DNA from: an uncultured Chthonomonadaceae bacterium
GTDB taxonomy: Bacteria; Armatimonadota; Chthonomonadetes; Chthonomonadales; Chthonomonadaceae
DNA length: 64,000 nucleotides
Direction of reading: 5' to 3'
Assembly (NCBI GenBank): GCA_963817895.1
Contig: CAWFQB010000012.1
Location: 12,223 to 76,222 of the forward strand
In this document: positions 10,221 to 21,087 of the stretch, piece by piece
Position numbering within the stretch: the stretch's first letter is position 1
Layout of the letters: the number at the start of each line of letters is the position of its first letter
The notes under the pieces: generated by a model
What the model saw: the letters and a program-made list of their open reading frames with translations, nothing else
Told to the model about the DNA's origin: nothing
Database searches by the model: none
Program-made: the position numbers and the translations under genes

Positions 10221-10898
10221 TTAGAGTGGGAAACGCGCCTGTACAGTGGCGATAGAGTTGCCATACCCTTGAAAGTGAACCGTGCCTTCCAGTCCAAAGT
10301 GAGAAGTGATTTGCCCGCCGATAAACAGTTTGCCGCCTAAGCGAGTCACTTCTCCGAAGTAGGGGCCGATGCCGCCGCCGACATAAATACCGGCTCCGCC
10401 GGGAAGCCGAACGTGGTACACCTGATCGAACGTGAGCGGAACCAGTGTAGTAACACCGCCGAAGTTCGCGGCTGCGATCACATCTATATCAACGCGTGTG
10501 CTGAACCCTCTGGCAATACTCAGGCCGGGGATGGTCACATCCGCGCCCCCCGCAAATTTCAGCCGGGGCGATAGAGCCGCGCCCAGACGGAATGCAACCG
10601 GGATGGCGCGAGACACAACATCGGCCTGACAGATGGATGGGGCAGCGCGAAATCCGTGTTTAGCCAGAATGCTCTCCGCATCGAAGTTGCTTTTCAACTC
10701 CTGCTTTGTGAGCCGCTCACTCGAAAAGGCCGTTTGTGCCTGCGGCATGGAATTTAGAGTAGAATTTGCAATCGGCTGGTTTGGTGTGTCAGCGTGTGCA
10801 GAAGTGGGGAGATAGCCAGCCATCGAGAGGGCTGTCGCCATCCACAGGGAATGTAAACATAATGCGTGTCGAGTTTGTTGATTCGTCATGGAATTCAA
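10221..10898 (-). CDS. Secreted hypothetical protein, possible small outer-membrane beta-barrel
   Basis: Signal peptide ending SAHA; alternating beta-strand pattern (IYVGGGIGPYF), ends TVQARFPL. Confidence 0.6.
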   Translation of the reverse strand: MNSMTNQQTRHALCLHSLWMATALSMAGYLPTSAHADTPNQPIANSTLNSMPQAQTAFSSERLTKQELKSNFDAESILAKHGFRAAPSICQADVVSRAIPVAFRLGAALSPRLKFAGGADVTIPGLSIARGFSTRVDIDVIAAANFGGVTTLVPLTFDQVYHVRLPGGAGIYVGGGIGPYFGEVTRLGGKLFIGGQITSHFGLEGTVHFQGYGNSIATVQARFPL

Positions 10899-11216
10899 TC
10901 CTCAAGTTGAAATTGCGTTCAAATTTACACACGAAAAAGCGCGTGGAAAAATTGCCCTCAACGGTACAAACAGGCATATATTTTGCGCTATTCCTATGTG
11001 TATAGGAACAGAACTACAACCACTGCATAGAACGCTACACCGGCGCAACAACTATCTATAAGGCGCAATGATTGCTCTAAGCGAAGCTCTACTGTAACAA
11101 GCAATCTATGCTTGTCCTGTGTCTTTTACGAGTAAACCACTTTCCCGTCTGGATTACCGGAAACATCACGAGGAACTGACACGTCGTAACCGGCAATGAT
11201 ACACAGGAGGTTGCGA

Positions 11217-12371
11217 GTGAAACAATGGATTGTATTGGCGTGTTTGGGCGCTTTGGCGTTGCCGACAGGGGCGCAGGAAACCTTGCCCCATCAGCAGTAT
11301 ACGGGAACACCGGAATTGATTGCCACTTTTAACGGCCCGATGCTGACGGGCGTTACCGTGTCGAAGCAGGGGCGTATCTTCGTCAACTATCCGCGATGGG
11401 GAGACAAGGTAGAGCATACAGTCGGGGAACTCAAGGGCGGCAAAACCGTCGCGTATCCGCCCGGAATTGCGCAAAGCGCGAACGGAACCGGTCAGGAGAA
11501 CGCGCTTGTATCCGTGCAAAGCGTCGTGGTTGATCCTAAAGATCGCCTGTGGATACTGGATACGGGCAGTCCGATGTTCATGCCGACAACGCCCGGTGGT
11601 CCCAAACTCATCGGCGTGGATTTGAAGACCAACAAGATTTTTAAGAAGATTCTGTTTCCCGCCGATGTCGCCCTCCCGACAACCTACCTCAACGACATAC
11701 GCTTTGACTTGAAGCGCGGCACGGGCGGCATGGCTTTCATCACCGATTCCGCCACCAAAGGCCCGAACGGGATCATTGTGGTTGATCTGGACACGGGCAA
11801 AAGTTACCGCCGCCTGAATGACCACCCTTCTACCAAAGCCGAGCCGAACTTTCTGCCGGTTGTAGAGGGGCAGCCGCTTATGCAGCGCGAACCGGGCAAG
11901 CCGCCACAATATATGACGATGGGTTCGGACGGCATCGCCATCAGCCCGGATTGCAAAACGCTGTACTACTGCCCGCTTGCTAGTCGGCATCTGTATAGCG
12001 TCAGCGTGGACGCGCTTGCCGATCAGAGCCAGCCGGATGAGCAGGTGGCGGCAACCGTGAAGGATGAGGGCGACAAGGGCGGCGCATCGGATGGTTTGGA
12101 AACGGATGCGCAGGGGCGTATCTACGCCACCAACTACGAACACAACGGCATTGTCCGCCGCCGAACGGACGGCACGTATGAAACGCTGATTTATGATCCG
12201 CGTATTCTGTGGCCGGATACCATGTCGGTTGCGAGTAACGGCTACCTGTACTTTACCAACAACCAGTTGCACCGGCAAAAGCAGTACCACAACGGCAAAG
12301 ACCTGCGCATGAAACCCTATTCCCTGTTGCGCATCAAAATCAACAGTAACGCCGTTGCCGCAACAAAGTAA
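11217..12371 (+). CDS. Major royal jelly / L-dopachrome tautomerase-related protein
   Basis: GRIFVNYPRWGD, SVQSVVVD..RLWILDTG, SDGIA, WPDT; AGGAGG RBS before GTG 11217; signal peptide. Confidence 0.88.
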   Translation: MKQWIVLACLGALALPTGAQETLPHQQYTGTPELIATFNGPMLTGVTVSKQGRIFVNYPRWGDKVEHTVGELKGGKTVAYPPGIAQSANGTGQENALVSVQSVVVDPKDRLWILDTGSPMFMPTTPGGPKLIGVDLKTNKIFKKILFPADVALPTTYLNDIRFDLKRGTGGMAFITDSATKGPNGIIVVDLDTGKSYRRLNDHPSTKAEPNFLPVVEGQPLMQREPGKPPQYMTMGSDGIAISPDCKTLYYCPLASRHLYSVSVDALADQSQPDEQVAATVKDEGDKGGASDGLETDAQGRIYATNYEHNGIVRRRTDGTYETLIYDPRILWPDTMSVASNGYLYFTNNQLHRQKQYHNGKDLRMKPYSLLRIKINSNAVAATK

Positions 12372-12495
12372 AATAATGGAACATTGGCGACTGATATATC
12401 CTCTTACGCATGGTTAACAAATTGCGGAAGGAGATCACGCCGCAATTATTGAGAGGGATAGGGAGAACGGCAGGCATAGTATCTGCCGTCCCATT

Positions 12496-12529
12496 ACGCG
12501 CTGAAGCATTGCGCTTCAGCGCGTTTTTT
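12496..12529 (+). terminator. Intrinsic terminator
   Basis: 12-bp stem ACGCGCTGAAGC/GCTTCAGCGCGT followed by T-run. Confidence 0.8.
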
Positions 12530-12690
12530 CGTCTGATCGTATCCGAATTGTTGCTGTTGAGCGGTTGCCGGAACGTTTTTGTACCTTTTGGCCTAGTGGT
12601 GTTGAGAGGGCAGGCGGAACAAGCAGGCGAGTTTGCGCGTCTTGCTTGCAGAACAAACCGGGCATACTGTTGACGGTTCAGGGGAGCGTT

Positions 12691-13704
12691 ATGAGTAAAA
12701 AGGGTGGTTTGCTGGCGTTGGGGTTCGGCGTGGCGGCGTTTGCCGTTGCCCGCGCCAATGCGCGTAACAAACGCGCGATGAACTTTCACAATCGAACGGT
12801 CGTGATTACCGGCGGTTCGCGGGGGCTTGGGCTGACATTGGCGCGGCAGTTCGCGTCACGGGGCGCAAATCTCGCTCTTGTCGCCCGAGATGCGGATGAG
12901 TTGGAACGCGCCCGCGAAGAACTCAGCGCGTACCATGTCGAAGTTCTTACCATTGCCTGCGATGTGACCGAGCCGGAGCAGGTCGAGTCCATGATGGCCC
13001 GCGTCCGCGATTGCTTTGGCGACATAGACGTGCTGATTAATAACGCGGGAACCATACAGGTCGGGCCGATGGAAGAGATGACCGTTCCCGACTATGAAGA
13101 GGCGATGCGCCTGCACTTTTACGCGCCCCTGTATACCACGCTTGCCGTCTTGCCCGAAATGCGGAAGCGGCAAAGCGGGCGTATCGTCAATATCGCGTCC
13201 ATCGGCGGTAAAATCGCCATTCCCCATCTGCTGCCGTACAGCGCCAGCAAATTCGCGCTTGTCGGCCTGTCGGAAGGCTTGCGCAGCGAACTCCTCAAGG
13301 ACAACATCTTTGTCACGACGGTTTGCCCCGGGTTGGTGCGCAGCGGCAGCCATGTCAACGCCCGCTTCAAAGGCCAGAACCGGGCGGAATATACGCTGTT
13401 TTCCATCGGGAACGCCGCGCCCCTCCTGTCTACGAACGTGGAAAGCGCGGCCACGCAGATTATCAATGCCTGCAAGTTCGGCGACGCGGAACTGATTTTC
13501 TCCGTTCCCACGCATATCGCCGAAAAATTTCACGCGCTGTTCCCCGGCGTCACGGCGGATTTGTTCGGCCTGACCAACAAGTTTCTGCCCGGTCCCGGCG
13601 GTATTGGAACACAGTCCGCAACAGGGTATGACAGCCAATCCATGCTCGCCCCGTCCATCCTGACGGCAATGAGCGATGAAGCCGTTGTAGAAAATAATGA
13701 ATAA
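12691..13704 (+). CDS. SDR family NAD(P)-dependent oxidoreductase
   Basis: TGGSRGLG, NNAG, YSASK. Confidence 0.93.
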   Translation: MSKKGGLLALGFGVAAFAVARANARNKRAMNFHNRTVVITGGSRGLGLTLARQFASRGANLALVARDADELERAREELSAYHVEVLTIACDVTEPEQVESMMARVRDCFGDIDVLINNAGTIQVGPMEEMTVPDYEEAMRLHFYAPLYTTLAVLPEMRKRQSGRIVNIASIGGKIAIPHLLPYSASKFALVGLSEGLRSELLKDNIFVTTVCPGLVRSGSHVNARFKGQNRAEYTLFSIGNAAPLLSTNVESAATQIINACKFGDAELIFSVPTHIAEKFHALFPGVTADLFGLTNKFLPGPGGIGTQSATGYDSQSMLAPSILTAMSDEAVVENNE

Positions 13705-13716
13705 GGAGACAACATA

Positions 13717-14454
13717 ATGTCAAACACAGGTGTCAATGTAATACCCTACGATGATCGGGAAACCGGCCCGAACTGGCGCAGCCGTCGCCATACCAATGTC
13801 GGTGAGGCGGAGCGGTGGGCGTCCATTTTCGGCGGCGCGGCTTTGGTGATTGCCGGAATGAAGAAGGGGAGCGTACCCGGCCTGACGATCTCCGCGCTGG
13901 GCGGCGGGCTGATGTGGCGCGGGCTGACCGGCCACTGCACCATGTACGACGCGATGGACATCAGCACGGCCGGCACGGAAGAGAAGGGCCTGCACGTTGT
14001 CAAAGCCGTTACTATCAACAAGCCTGCAAGCGAACTGTACGCCTTCTGGCGCAACTTTGAAAACCTGCCGCAGTTTATGAAGCATCTGGAATCCGTGCAG
14101 GTGGAAGACTCGCTTCATTCCCACTGGGTTGCCAAAGGGCCGGCGGGCAAGTCCGTGCATTGGGACGCGGAAATCATCAACGAGCGCGAAAACGAGCTAA
14201 TCGCGTGGCGCTCCACGGAAAACGCGGATGTGGACAACGCCGGTACGGTCAACTTCAAGCCGGCCCCCGGCGACCGGGGTACAATTGTGAAAGTGACCGT
14301 GCAGTATAACCCGCCCGGCGGCATATTGGGCGCGCATATTGCCAAACTGTGGGGCGAAGAACCCTCCATGCAGATCGAAGACGATCTGATGAACTTCAAG
14401 CGCCTGATGGAAACGGGCGAAATTGCCACTACTGAAGGCCAATCACGAGGGTAG
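13717..14454 (+). CDS. SRPBCC/cyclase-dehydrase protein with N-terminal DUF2892-like segment
   Basis: NVGEAERW..GLTGHC; LYAFWRNFENLPQFMKHL; DLMNFKRLMETGE. Confidence 0.88.
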   Translation: MSNTGVNVIPYDDRETGPNWRSRRHTNVGEAERWASIFGGAALVIAGMKKGSVPGLTISALGGGLMWRGLTGHCTMYDAMDISTAGTEEKGLHVVKAVTINKPASELYAFWRNFENLPQFMKHLESVQVEDSLHSHWVAKGPAGKSVHWDAEIINERENELIAWRSTENADVDNAGTVNFKPAPGDRGTIVKVTVQYNPPGGILGAHIAKLWGEEPSMQIEDDLMNFKRLMETGEIATTEGQSRG

Positions 14455-14464
14455 GGAGAATACT

Positions 14465-14767
14465 ATGTCAGATGAAAAGAAAAAAGATGGACACCGGACG
14501 GAAAAGCAGCATCACGAGATGCACGAGCATGAGAAGCAGATTGAGCATGGGCGCGACGCCCACGCGCACAATCCCGCGTCCGATGTGGGGCAGGTGACTT
14601 CCAGCCATAGCATGCATGAGCATGGCTTGCAGAACAAGGAAGTCAACAAGCAGCACGATAAGGAAGTGGACATACACAGCGACGACAAGAACGAGCGGCA
14701 TACGCATGTCCCGAAGGCGGAGCAGATGGAACACGATTTGCAAGCAGAGGAGAGCAAAAAAGGATGA
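14465..14767 (+). CDS. His-rich hydrophilic hypothetical protein
   Basis: 100 aa, 16 His, highly charged; RBS present; ATGA overlap with next gene. Confidence 0.7.
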   Translation: MSDEKKKDGHRTEKQHHEMHEHEKQIEHGRDAHAHNPASDVGQVTSSHSMHEHGLQNKEVNKQHDKEVDIHSDDKNERHTHVPKAEQMEHDLQAEESKKG

Positions 14768-15933
14768 AAGCGCTGTGTTGGTATGGCAAGCATGACGTGC
14801 GCGTGACGCAGGTTCCCGATCCGAAAATCCTCAACCCGCGCGACGCCATCATCAAAATCACCGCAACTGCCATTTGCGGCTCGGATTTGCACCTGTATGA
14901 CGGCGTAATCCCCACGATGGAGAGCGGCGACATTCTGGGACATGAGTTTATGGGCGAAGTGGTGGAATTGGGCAAGGGCGTTACCAATCTCAGCATCGGC
15001 GATAAAGTGGTTGTGCCGTTTACGATTTCGTGCGGCAGTTGCTTTTTCTGCCAGAAAACTCTCTGGTCGCTGTGCGACAACTCCAACCCGAACAAGCGCA
15101 TGGCGGACTTGATGTACGGACATTCGCCCTCCGGCCTGTTCGGATACTCACACATGCTCGGTGGATACGCGGGCGGGCAGGCGGAATATGTCCGTGTGCC
15201 GTTCGCGGATGTTGGGCCGGTCAAAGTGCCGGACGGGTTGCCGGATGATAAGGTCTTGTTCCTGTCCGACATTTTCCCGACAGGTTACGAGGCGGCGGAA
15301 AATTGCAACATTCAGCCGGGAGATACCGTTGCGGTGTGGGGCTGTGGGCCGGTGGGCCTGTTCGCCATCAAAAGCGCGTATATGCTGGGAGCGGGGCGGG
15401 TCATCGCCATTGACCACTACCCGGAGCGTCTGCAAATGGCTGCCGATTATGCCGGAGCGGAAACACTCAATTACAATCAGGTGGATATTGGCGTCGCGCT
15501 GCGGGATATGACCGGCGGCAACGGCCCGGACGCCTGCATAGACGCCGTAGGCATGGAAGCGCACGGCGCGGCTATGGACAACCTCATGGATCGGGGCATG
15601 CAGTACGCCAAAATCGGCACGGATCGGGCGCACGTTCTGCGGCAAGCCATTATGGTGTGCCGCAAGGGGGGAACGGTTTCGCTTCCCGGCGTATATGGCG
15701 GCCTGCTCAACGCGATTCCATTCGGCGCGGCCCATGCCAAAAGCCTGACCTTCAAAATGGGCCAAACACACATGCACCGCTACATGAAGCCGCTGATGGA
15801 AAAAATCGAAAAGGGCGAGATTGATCCTTCAGGCATCATCACGCACCGCCTGAAACTCGACGACGCGGCGGAAGGTTACAAGATGTTCAAGGCCAAAAAC
15901 GACAACTGCGTCAAGATTGTTATGACGCCGTAG
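14764..15933 (+). CDS. Zinc-dependent alcohol dehydrogenase (formaldehyde dehydrogenase-like)
   Basis: [28 protein letters not shown]. Confidence 0.92.
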   Translation: MKALCWYGKHDVRVTQVPDPKILNPRDAIIKITATAICGSDLHLYDGVIPTMESGDILGHEFMGEVVELGKGVTNLSIGDKVVVPFTISCGSCFFCQKTLWSLCDNSNPNKRMADLMYGHSPSGLFGYSHMLGGYAGGQAEYVRVPFADVGPVKVPDGLPDDKVLFLSDIFPTGYEAAENCNIQPGDTVAVWGCGPVGLFAIKSAYMLGAGRVIAIDHYPERLQMAADYAGAETLNYNQVDIGVALRDMTGGNGPDACIDAVGMEAHGAAMDNLMDRGMQYAKIGTDRAHVLRQAIMVCRKGGTVSLPGVYGGLLNAIPFGAAHAKSLTFKMGQTHMHRYMKPLMEKIEKGEIDPSGIITHRLKLDDAAEGYKMFKAKNDNCVKIVMTP

Positions 15934-15985
15934 TTTTACCTCACCCCAACCCCTCTCCTTGCCGCGCAACGCGCTAGGAGAGGGG
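15934..15985. repeat. CCTCACCC..CCCTCTCC/GGAGAGGG hairpin repeat
   Basis: Near-identical copy at 36229-36279; related copy at 32046-32091. Confidence 0.8.
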
Positions 15986-16091
15986 CTAATTGATGTTGTA
16001 ACTCCTCTCTTGGCCGCGCAACACGACGCGAGAGGCTTTTTCTTGTTTATCTTCATCTTGTTCTTCTTGGTGTTCTTTGCGTCTTGGTGGT

Positions 16092-17249
16092 TCAATTCCT
16101 TTGCAGGCGTTGAACGATTTGGGTCAGGATAGCAGCGGCGCGTTCAAGTTCTTCGGGCGTGGTGTGGCGTCCGAAGGTGAAGCGGATGCCACTGGACGCG
16201 AGTTCATCGGTAAGCCCGATGGCTTTGAGGACGTGCGAGGGTTCGATGCTGCCGGACGAGCAGGCGGAACCACTCGACGCGGCCACGCCCTTGCGATCCA
16301 GATTCATGAGCAGAGTGGGGCCTTCCACGCCGGGAACGGAAATATTCACGTTGTTGGGCAGGCGCAGAGTAGCGTGTCCATTCAGGGTAATGTCGGGCAG
16401 CGAACTTTGCAGCAGATGAAAAAAATCGTTCCGCATTTGGGTTAAGCGCTGCGCTTCCTGTTCGCGGTTGGACAGTATCAACTTTGCCGCCTGACCGAAA
16501 CCTGCAATGGCGGCAACATTCTCCGTACCCGCCCGCTTTTCCCGCTCTTGTGCGCCGCCGTGCAGAATGGGCGCCACCTTTGTACCCTGCCGAATGTACA
16601 ACGCCCCCACGCCCTTCGGCCCGTACATCTTGTGGGCGCACAGCGTCAGCAGATCGCAGCCGAGTTCCTTCACATCAATCGGCATCAGTCCCGCCGTTTG
16701 TACCGCATCCGTGTGAAAAACCGCGCCGCGCTCGTGAACCAAAGAAGCAATTTTCTGTATGGGTTGAATGGTTCCAATCTCGTTGTTGGCATGCATCACG
16801 GAAACGAGCGCGGTTTTATCGGTCATAGCGTCGGCAACCGTTTGGGGCGAAACCAACCCGTTCTCATCCACCCCGACAATCGTAGCCTCGTACCCATGCG
16901 TTTGCAGGAAGTGCGCGGCGTGAAGCACGGCATGGTGTTCAATGGCAGTTGTGACAAGATGGTTCTTGCCGGACGGCGCGGCGTACAGGGTTCCGATGAG
17001 CGCGAGATTGTCCGCCTCGGTTCCACTGCCCGTGAAATATATTTCGCTGTAATCCGCCCCGATGAGCAGAGCAATCGCTTCCCGCGCCTCGTCAACGGCG
17101 GCCCGCGCATCGCGCCCAAAGCGATGTATGCTGCTGGCGTTGCCATACGAACCTGTTCCGGTCAGGTACGGCAGCATGGCGTCGAGTACGGCAGGATCGA
17201 GCGGCGTCGTCGCGGCATGATCCAGATAAACAGGTGTTTCGGTAGTCAT
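16092..17249 (-). CDS. iscS: Cysteine desulfurase (IscS/NifS)
   Basis: YLDHAATTP, HTDAVQ, AHKMYGPKG, SSGSACSS. Confidence 0.93.
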   Translation of the reverse strand: MTTETPVYLDHAATTPLDPAVLDAMLPYLTGTGSYGNASSIHRFGRDARAAVDEAREAIALLIGADYSEIYFTGSGTEADNLALIGTLYAAPSGKNHLVTTAIEHHAVLHAAHFLQTHGYEATIVGVDENGLVSPQTVADAMTDKTALVSVMHANNEIGTIQPIQKIASLVHERGAVFHTDAVQTAGLMPIDVKELGCDLLTLCAHKMYGPKGVGALYIRQGTKVAPILHGGAQEREKRAGTENVAAIAGFGQAAKLILSNREQEAQRLTQMRNDFFHLLQSSLPDITLNGHATLRLPNNVNISVPGVEGPTLLMNLDRKGVAASSGSACSSGSIEPSHVLKAIGLTDELASSGIRFTFGRHTTPEELERAAAILTQIVQRLQRN

Positions 17250-17282
17250 GGAGATAGTATACAGCACGAGGCGGGGATTGTC

Positions 17283-17374
17283 TGAACCATGATTTCACAT
17301 GATTTGAGGATTACCATGATTGAGAAGGCGCGTTCATCATGCTAATCCCTCCAATCATGTGAAATCATGGTTCA
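17283..17374. repeat. CATGATT-rich inverted repeat element
   Basis: 22-bp perfect arms TGAACCATGATTTCACATGATT; same family at 26062-26212. Confidence 0.85.
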
Positions 17375-18220
17375 AACAGTTCTCGCGGTCAATCCGATGA
17401 ATGCGCCCATGCGTCCACATCCGGGAACAAGGCGGTGGCTAAAGAAGAGGTCGGTGTAGCGATTGGTGCGGTACTGGCAGACATCAAAATTGAGGGAAGG
17501 AACGCCTGCCTGTCGCAGTTGGTGGCAAACGGCGGCGTAAAGGTCAAGCTGCCAGTGACCGGGGCACGTGGGAGTGAACACGCCGACAGCCTGCCGGTCT
17601 TCGGGCGTAAAGCCATTGTAGACTGTTTCATCCACTTCGTAGCTGTCCGGCCCGATGCCGGGGCCAATGGCAATCAGGCAATCCTGCGGCTGTGTGCCGA
17701 AATGTTGCCGCATGGTTTCCAGTGTGTGAACCGCAATGCGCCCTGCCGTGCCGCGCCAACCGGAATGAGCAAGACCAATTGCTTTGTGAATGGGGTCAAG
17801 AAAGAAAATGGGCAGGCAATCCGCTATCGTAATGCCGAGCAGAAGTCCGGGCGTATTTGTTACCAGCGCGTCACACTCAGGAATAGCGGTATCAGGCAAA
17901 AGCGCCCCGCGTCCCGCATCGTCTGCGTTTACAACTGCCACATTCGCGCCATGCGTCTGCGCGGGTACAACGAGTTTCTCCGCTTCAAAACCCAATGCGC
18001 GGCAGGCGGCAATCCGTTTATAGCGCACGTCCTCATAATCTTGCGTGACGCTGAACGACAGATTGTTTTCGGTTGCAGCGCCAGCTCGCAGCGTAACGCC
18101 GTGACGAATACGAGGATACGCATGTCTGAGGTTACGGGAACGAGCAAGATAAAGCGGCTGAGTGAGGGATACCTCCCAGGTATTCTGCTTTTGTGCTGTG
18201 ATATAGCCCGTATTCGCCAT
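17372..18220 (-). CDS. pgeF: Peptidoglycan editing factor PgeF (YfiH/DUF152)
   Basis: QTHG, DALVT, ADCLPI, HSGWRGT, FFSHR; follows ftsZ; start uncertain. Confidence 0.9.
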   Translation of the reverse strand: MANTGYITAQKQNTWEVSLTQPLYLARSRNLRHAYPRIRHGVTLRAGAATENNLSFSVTQDYEDVRYKRIAACRALGFEAEKLVVPAQTHGANVAVVNADDAGRGALLPDTAIPECDALVTNTPGLLLGITIADCLPIFFLDPIHKAIGLAHSGWRGTAGRIAVHTLETMRQHFGTQPQDCLIAIGPGIGPDSYEVDETVYNGFTPEDRQAVGVFTPTCPGHWQLDLYAAVCHQLRQAGVPSLNFDVCQYRTNRYTDLFFSHRLVPGCGRMGAFIGLTARTV

Positions 18221-18328
18221 AGTGAGCCAATGCTGTAATCTGACAAGTTGGCCGCAGACCTGATTAACCGGCATTTTATATGCCGGTTACAGCCCGAAGA
18301 TTTGCGCCGCAGTGTACTAACCACTCGC

Positions 18329-19603
18329 CTACGGACGGCGGCGCAGGAAGGCGGGAATGTCTATGTCCTCGTTGTTGGACTTGCGCTCCGGCTGTGATGG
18401 GGACTGAGACGGCGTGGCGGGCGTGTTCGGCTGTGACGCGGGCGTTTCTCCGGCGCGGGTGGGCGCGTTTGCGGCGGGCGGATTGCCTGAAGCGGGTGGC
18501 GTAGAGCGTCCGTTGTTGACCGAGTCGCCGGGTTGATACGGGCGGGTAGACGGGTACGCGCTTGCGTTGCGGGGTGGCGGTTGCGGGGTTGGCGTGGTTG
18601 TTGCTGTCGGCTTGATGATTTCCCCGGCGGCATTTACGCCGCTGAAGCCGGTTGCCAGCACCGTAACGCGCACTTCGCCCTCCAGACTCGGATCGGCCAC
18701 CCACCCGAAGATGATGTTGGCGTCGTTCTGGTCGCACAGTTCCTGAATCTGGTTGGCGGCTTCCGTGAACTCCTGTAGGGTCAGGTCGTTACCGGACGTG
18801 ACGTTGACAAGGACACGCGACGCGCCGTTGATGCTTGTTTCCAGCAGTTGCGACGAAACCGCATTCTGGGCCGCTTCTACTGCCCGATGATCGCCGCTGC
18901 CATACCCGATGCCCATCAGGGCGGGACCCGCGTGAGTCATAATCGCCCGCACGTCGGCAAAATCCACGTTGATCATGCCGGGAATGGTGATGATGTCGGA
19001 GATACCCTGTACGCCCTGCCGCAGCACATCATCCGCCATTTTGAAGGCTTCCACCAGAGTCATGCGCCGGTCGCCAACGGACAGCAACTTTTCGTTCGGC
19101 ACAATGATGATGGTATCAACCTTACTTTTCAGTTCTTCGACACCCGCTTCGGCCAATCGCATTCGGCGCGGGCCTTCAAATGGGAACGGTTTGGTGACGA
19201 CCGCAACGGTCAACGCGCCCATTTCCGCCGCGATTTCGGCAATCACGGGCGCGGCCCCGGTTCCGGTTCCGCCGCCCATGCCTGCCGTGATGAACACCAT
19301 GTCCGCGCCATCAAGCATCTTCTTGATTTCGCTTTTACTCTCCTCCGCCGCCACGCGCCCGATGCTCGGATCGCCGCCCGCGCCAAGCCCGCGCGTGGAG
19401 TTTTCGCCAAGCTGAAGTTTGCGCGGCGCTTTGGAGATGTTCAACACCTGAACATCCGTGTTCATCGCCAGAAACTCGATGCCGCTCAAGCCCGACTCGA
19501 TCATACGATTGACCGCGTTCGTGCCGCCGCCGCCCGCGCCAATCACTTTGATTCGCGCCGAACCCAATTCCGGCAAACTTCCACCAAGAGAATTATTTAT
19601 CAT
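18329..19603 (-). CDS. ftsZ: Cell division protein FtsZ
   Basis: GGGTGTG tubulin motif, NVDFADV, C-terminal DIPAFLRR. Confidence 0.98.
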   Translation of the reverse strand: MINNSLGGSLPELGSARIKVIGAGGGGTNAVNRMIESGLSGIEFLAMNTDVQVLNISKAPRKLQLGENSTRGLGAGGDPSIGRVAAEESKSEIKKMLDGADMVFITAGMGGGTGTGAAPVIAEIAAEMGALTVAVVTKPFPFEGPRRMRLAEAGVEELKSKVDTIIIVPNEKLLSVGDRRMTLVEAFKMADDVLRQGVQGISDIITIPGMINVDFADVRAIMTHAGPALMGIGYGSGDHRAVEAAQNAVSSQLLETSINGASRVLVNVTSGNDLTLQEFTEAANQIQELCDQNDANIIFGWVADPSLEGEVRVTVLATGFSGVNAAGEIIKPTATTTPTPQPPPRNASAYPSTRPYQPGDSVNNGRSTPPASGNPPAANAPTRAGETPASQPNTPATPSQSPSQPERKSNNEDIDIPAFLRRRP

Positions 19604-19729
19604 CGGACGCCCTTCCCGCAAAAATGTCAAGATTCACTCTAAAATGATAGGATTCATTATATCTAAAAACGCCCTCGGAATCCAACTAATTCCGGGTTGC
19701 TTTCCGTATTCGTTGCTATACATGCGTTT

Positions 19730-20986
19730 TTAGTCTTCGCCGCCGAGCAAACTGTGCCACCACTGCTTTAAGCGTTGCAGGAACGGCGGCAGATTGGAAT
19801 GGGAACGTCGGCGCGTATCCCGTTGCGTGTCGCGTTCATGCCGCGCCCCGTACAGCACCAGGCCTACTGCCGTCGCGTACATCGGGTGAGTAAGGGCTTC
19901 TGGCAGGCTGTTGATGCCATGCGGCTTGCCCACCCGAACGGGCATGCGCAAGACCTGCTGCGCCACTTCCACGCACCCCTTTAGCTGGCTGCCGCCGCCA
20001 CTGACGACAAGGCCGGCGGGAACTTTGTTTAAGCAGTCCCCCCGTTCCAGTTCCGCGTGTACCAGTTCAAACAACTCCTGCATACGCGGTTCAATGATCT
20101 GCACAAGGGCGCGGCGGCGCAATCGTCGCGAATCGTCGCGCCCGACCTGCCGCACCTGAATCACATCCTCTTCCCCGACCAGTTCCGTCAACGCGCTGCC
20201 GCTTTCGGTCTTCAGGCGTTCAGCCTCGTCGTGGCCTACCGTCAATCCATACGCGACGTCATTGGTGACATGGTTGCCGCCAACCGGAATCACAGCGGAG
20301 TAAAAAATCTCGCCATTCACAAACACGGCCATATCCGATGTGCCGCCGCCAATATCAACAAGACACACGCCCAATTCCCGCTCTGCCGGAAGAAGGACGG
20401 CTTCAGCGGTCGCGATAGGTTCCAGCACCTGTTCGATTACGTCCAGATGCGCTTTGGTCACGCACTTGTCAATGTTTTGCAGGCACGTCGTCGCGCCATG
20501 CACGATATGGGTATGGACTTCCAGCCGCTGCCCGCTCATGCCTACAGGCTGGCGAATTCCATTCTGGCTGTCAATGGAGTAGGAGCGGGGGATGGCATGT
20601 ATAATCTGCCGATCCGGGGGCAGCACAATGACGCGGGCGGCTTCCAGAACGCGTTCCACATCGCCATGCGTAATTTCGCGATCAGGATGGGTAATGGCGA
20701 TTCGCCCGTTGCTGTTGAGCGAGGAGATATGTTCGCCGGTCACGCCAACGTATACGCCCTCCACCTCATGCCCCGCCTGTTTGGAAGCGCTGTCAATGGC
20801 CTCTTCAATGGCGCGGGTCGTGGATTCAATATCCACCACCATGCCCTTTTTCATGCCAAGAGACGGCGCGACGCCGACGCCGGTGATGAGCAGTTCTCCA
20901 TGCTCGGCTACCTCGGCGATGAGCGCGCAAATTTTGGTTGTGCCAATATCCAGACCCGTAATTATATCGTTTCGCGCCACGCGCAT
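19730..20986 (-). CDS. ftsA: Cell division protein FtsA
   Basis: GLDIGTTK, DIGGGT, YATAVGL. Confidence 0.97.
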   Translation of the reverse strand: MRVARNDIITGLDIGTTKICALIAEVAEHGELLITGVGVAPSLGMKKGMVVDIESTTRAIEEAIDSASKQAGHEVEGVYVGVTGEHISSLNSNGRIAITHPDREITHGDVERVLEAARVIVLPPDRQIIHAIPRSYSIDSQNGIRQPVGMSGQRLEVHTHIVHGATTCLQNIDKCVTKAHLDVIEQVLEPIATAEAVLLPAERELGVCLVDIGGGTSDMAVFVNGEIFYSAVIPVGGNHVTNDVAYGLTVGHDEAERLKTESGSALTELVGEEDVIQVRQVGRDDSRRLRRRALVQIIEPRMQELFELVHAELERGDCLNKVPAGLVVSGGGSQLKGCVEVAQQVLRMPVRVGKPHGINSLPEALTHPMYATAVGLVLYGARHERDTQRDTRRRSHSNLPPFLQRLKQWWHSLLGGED

Positions 20987-20999
20987 TCACCCGTTCACA

Positions 21000-21080
21000 T
21001 AGGGAGTAGGGGGTAGGGAACAGGGAGTAGGACATTGCATCTGTCCGCTCCTACTCCCCACTCCCTACTCCCTACTCCCT
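21000..21080. repeat. Inverted heptamer tandem repeats (AGGGAGT / ACTCCCT)
   Basis: About 4 units on each side, forming a hairpin upstream of ftsA. Confidence 0.75.
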
Positions 21081-21087
21081 GTCTTTG

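Noticed and set aside
13598..13609. Short match (GGCGGTATTGGA) to the tRNA-Val 3' end as an att site
   Set aside because: Only 12 bp, inside an intact SDR gene, and no integrase in the window
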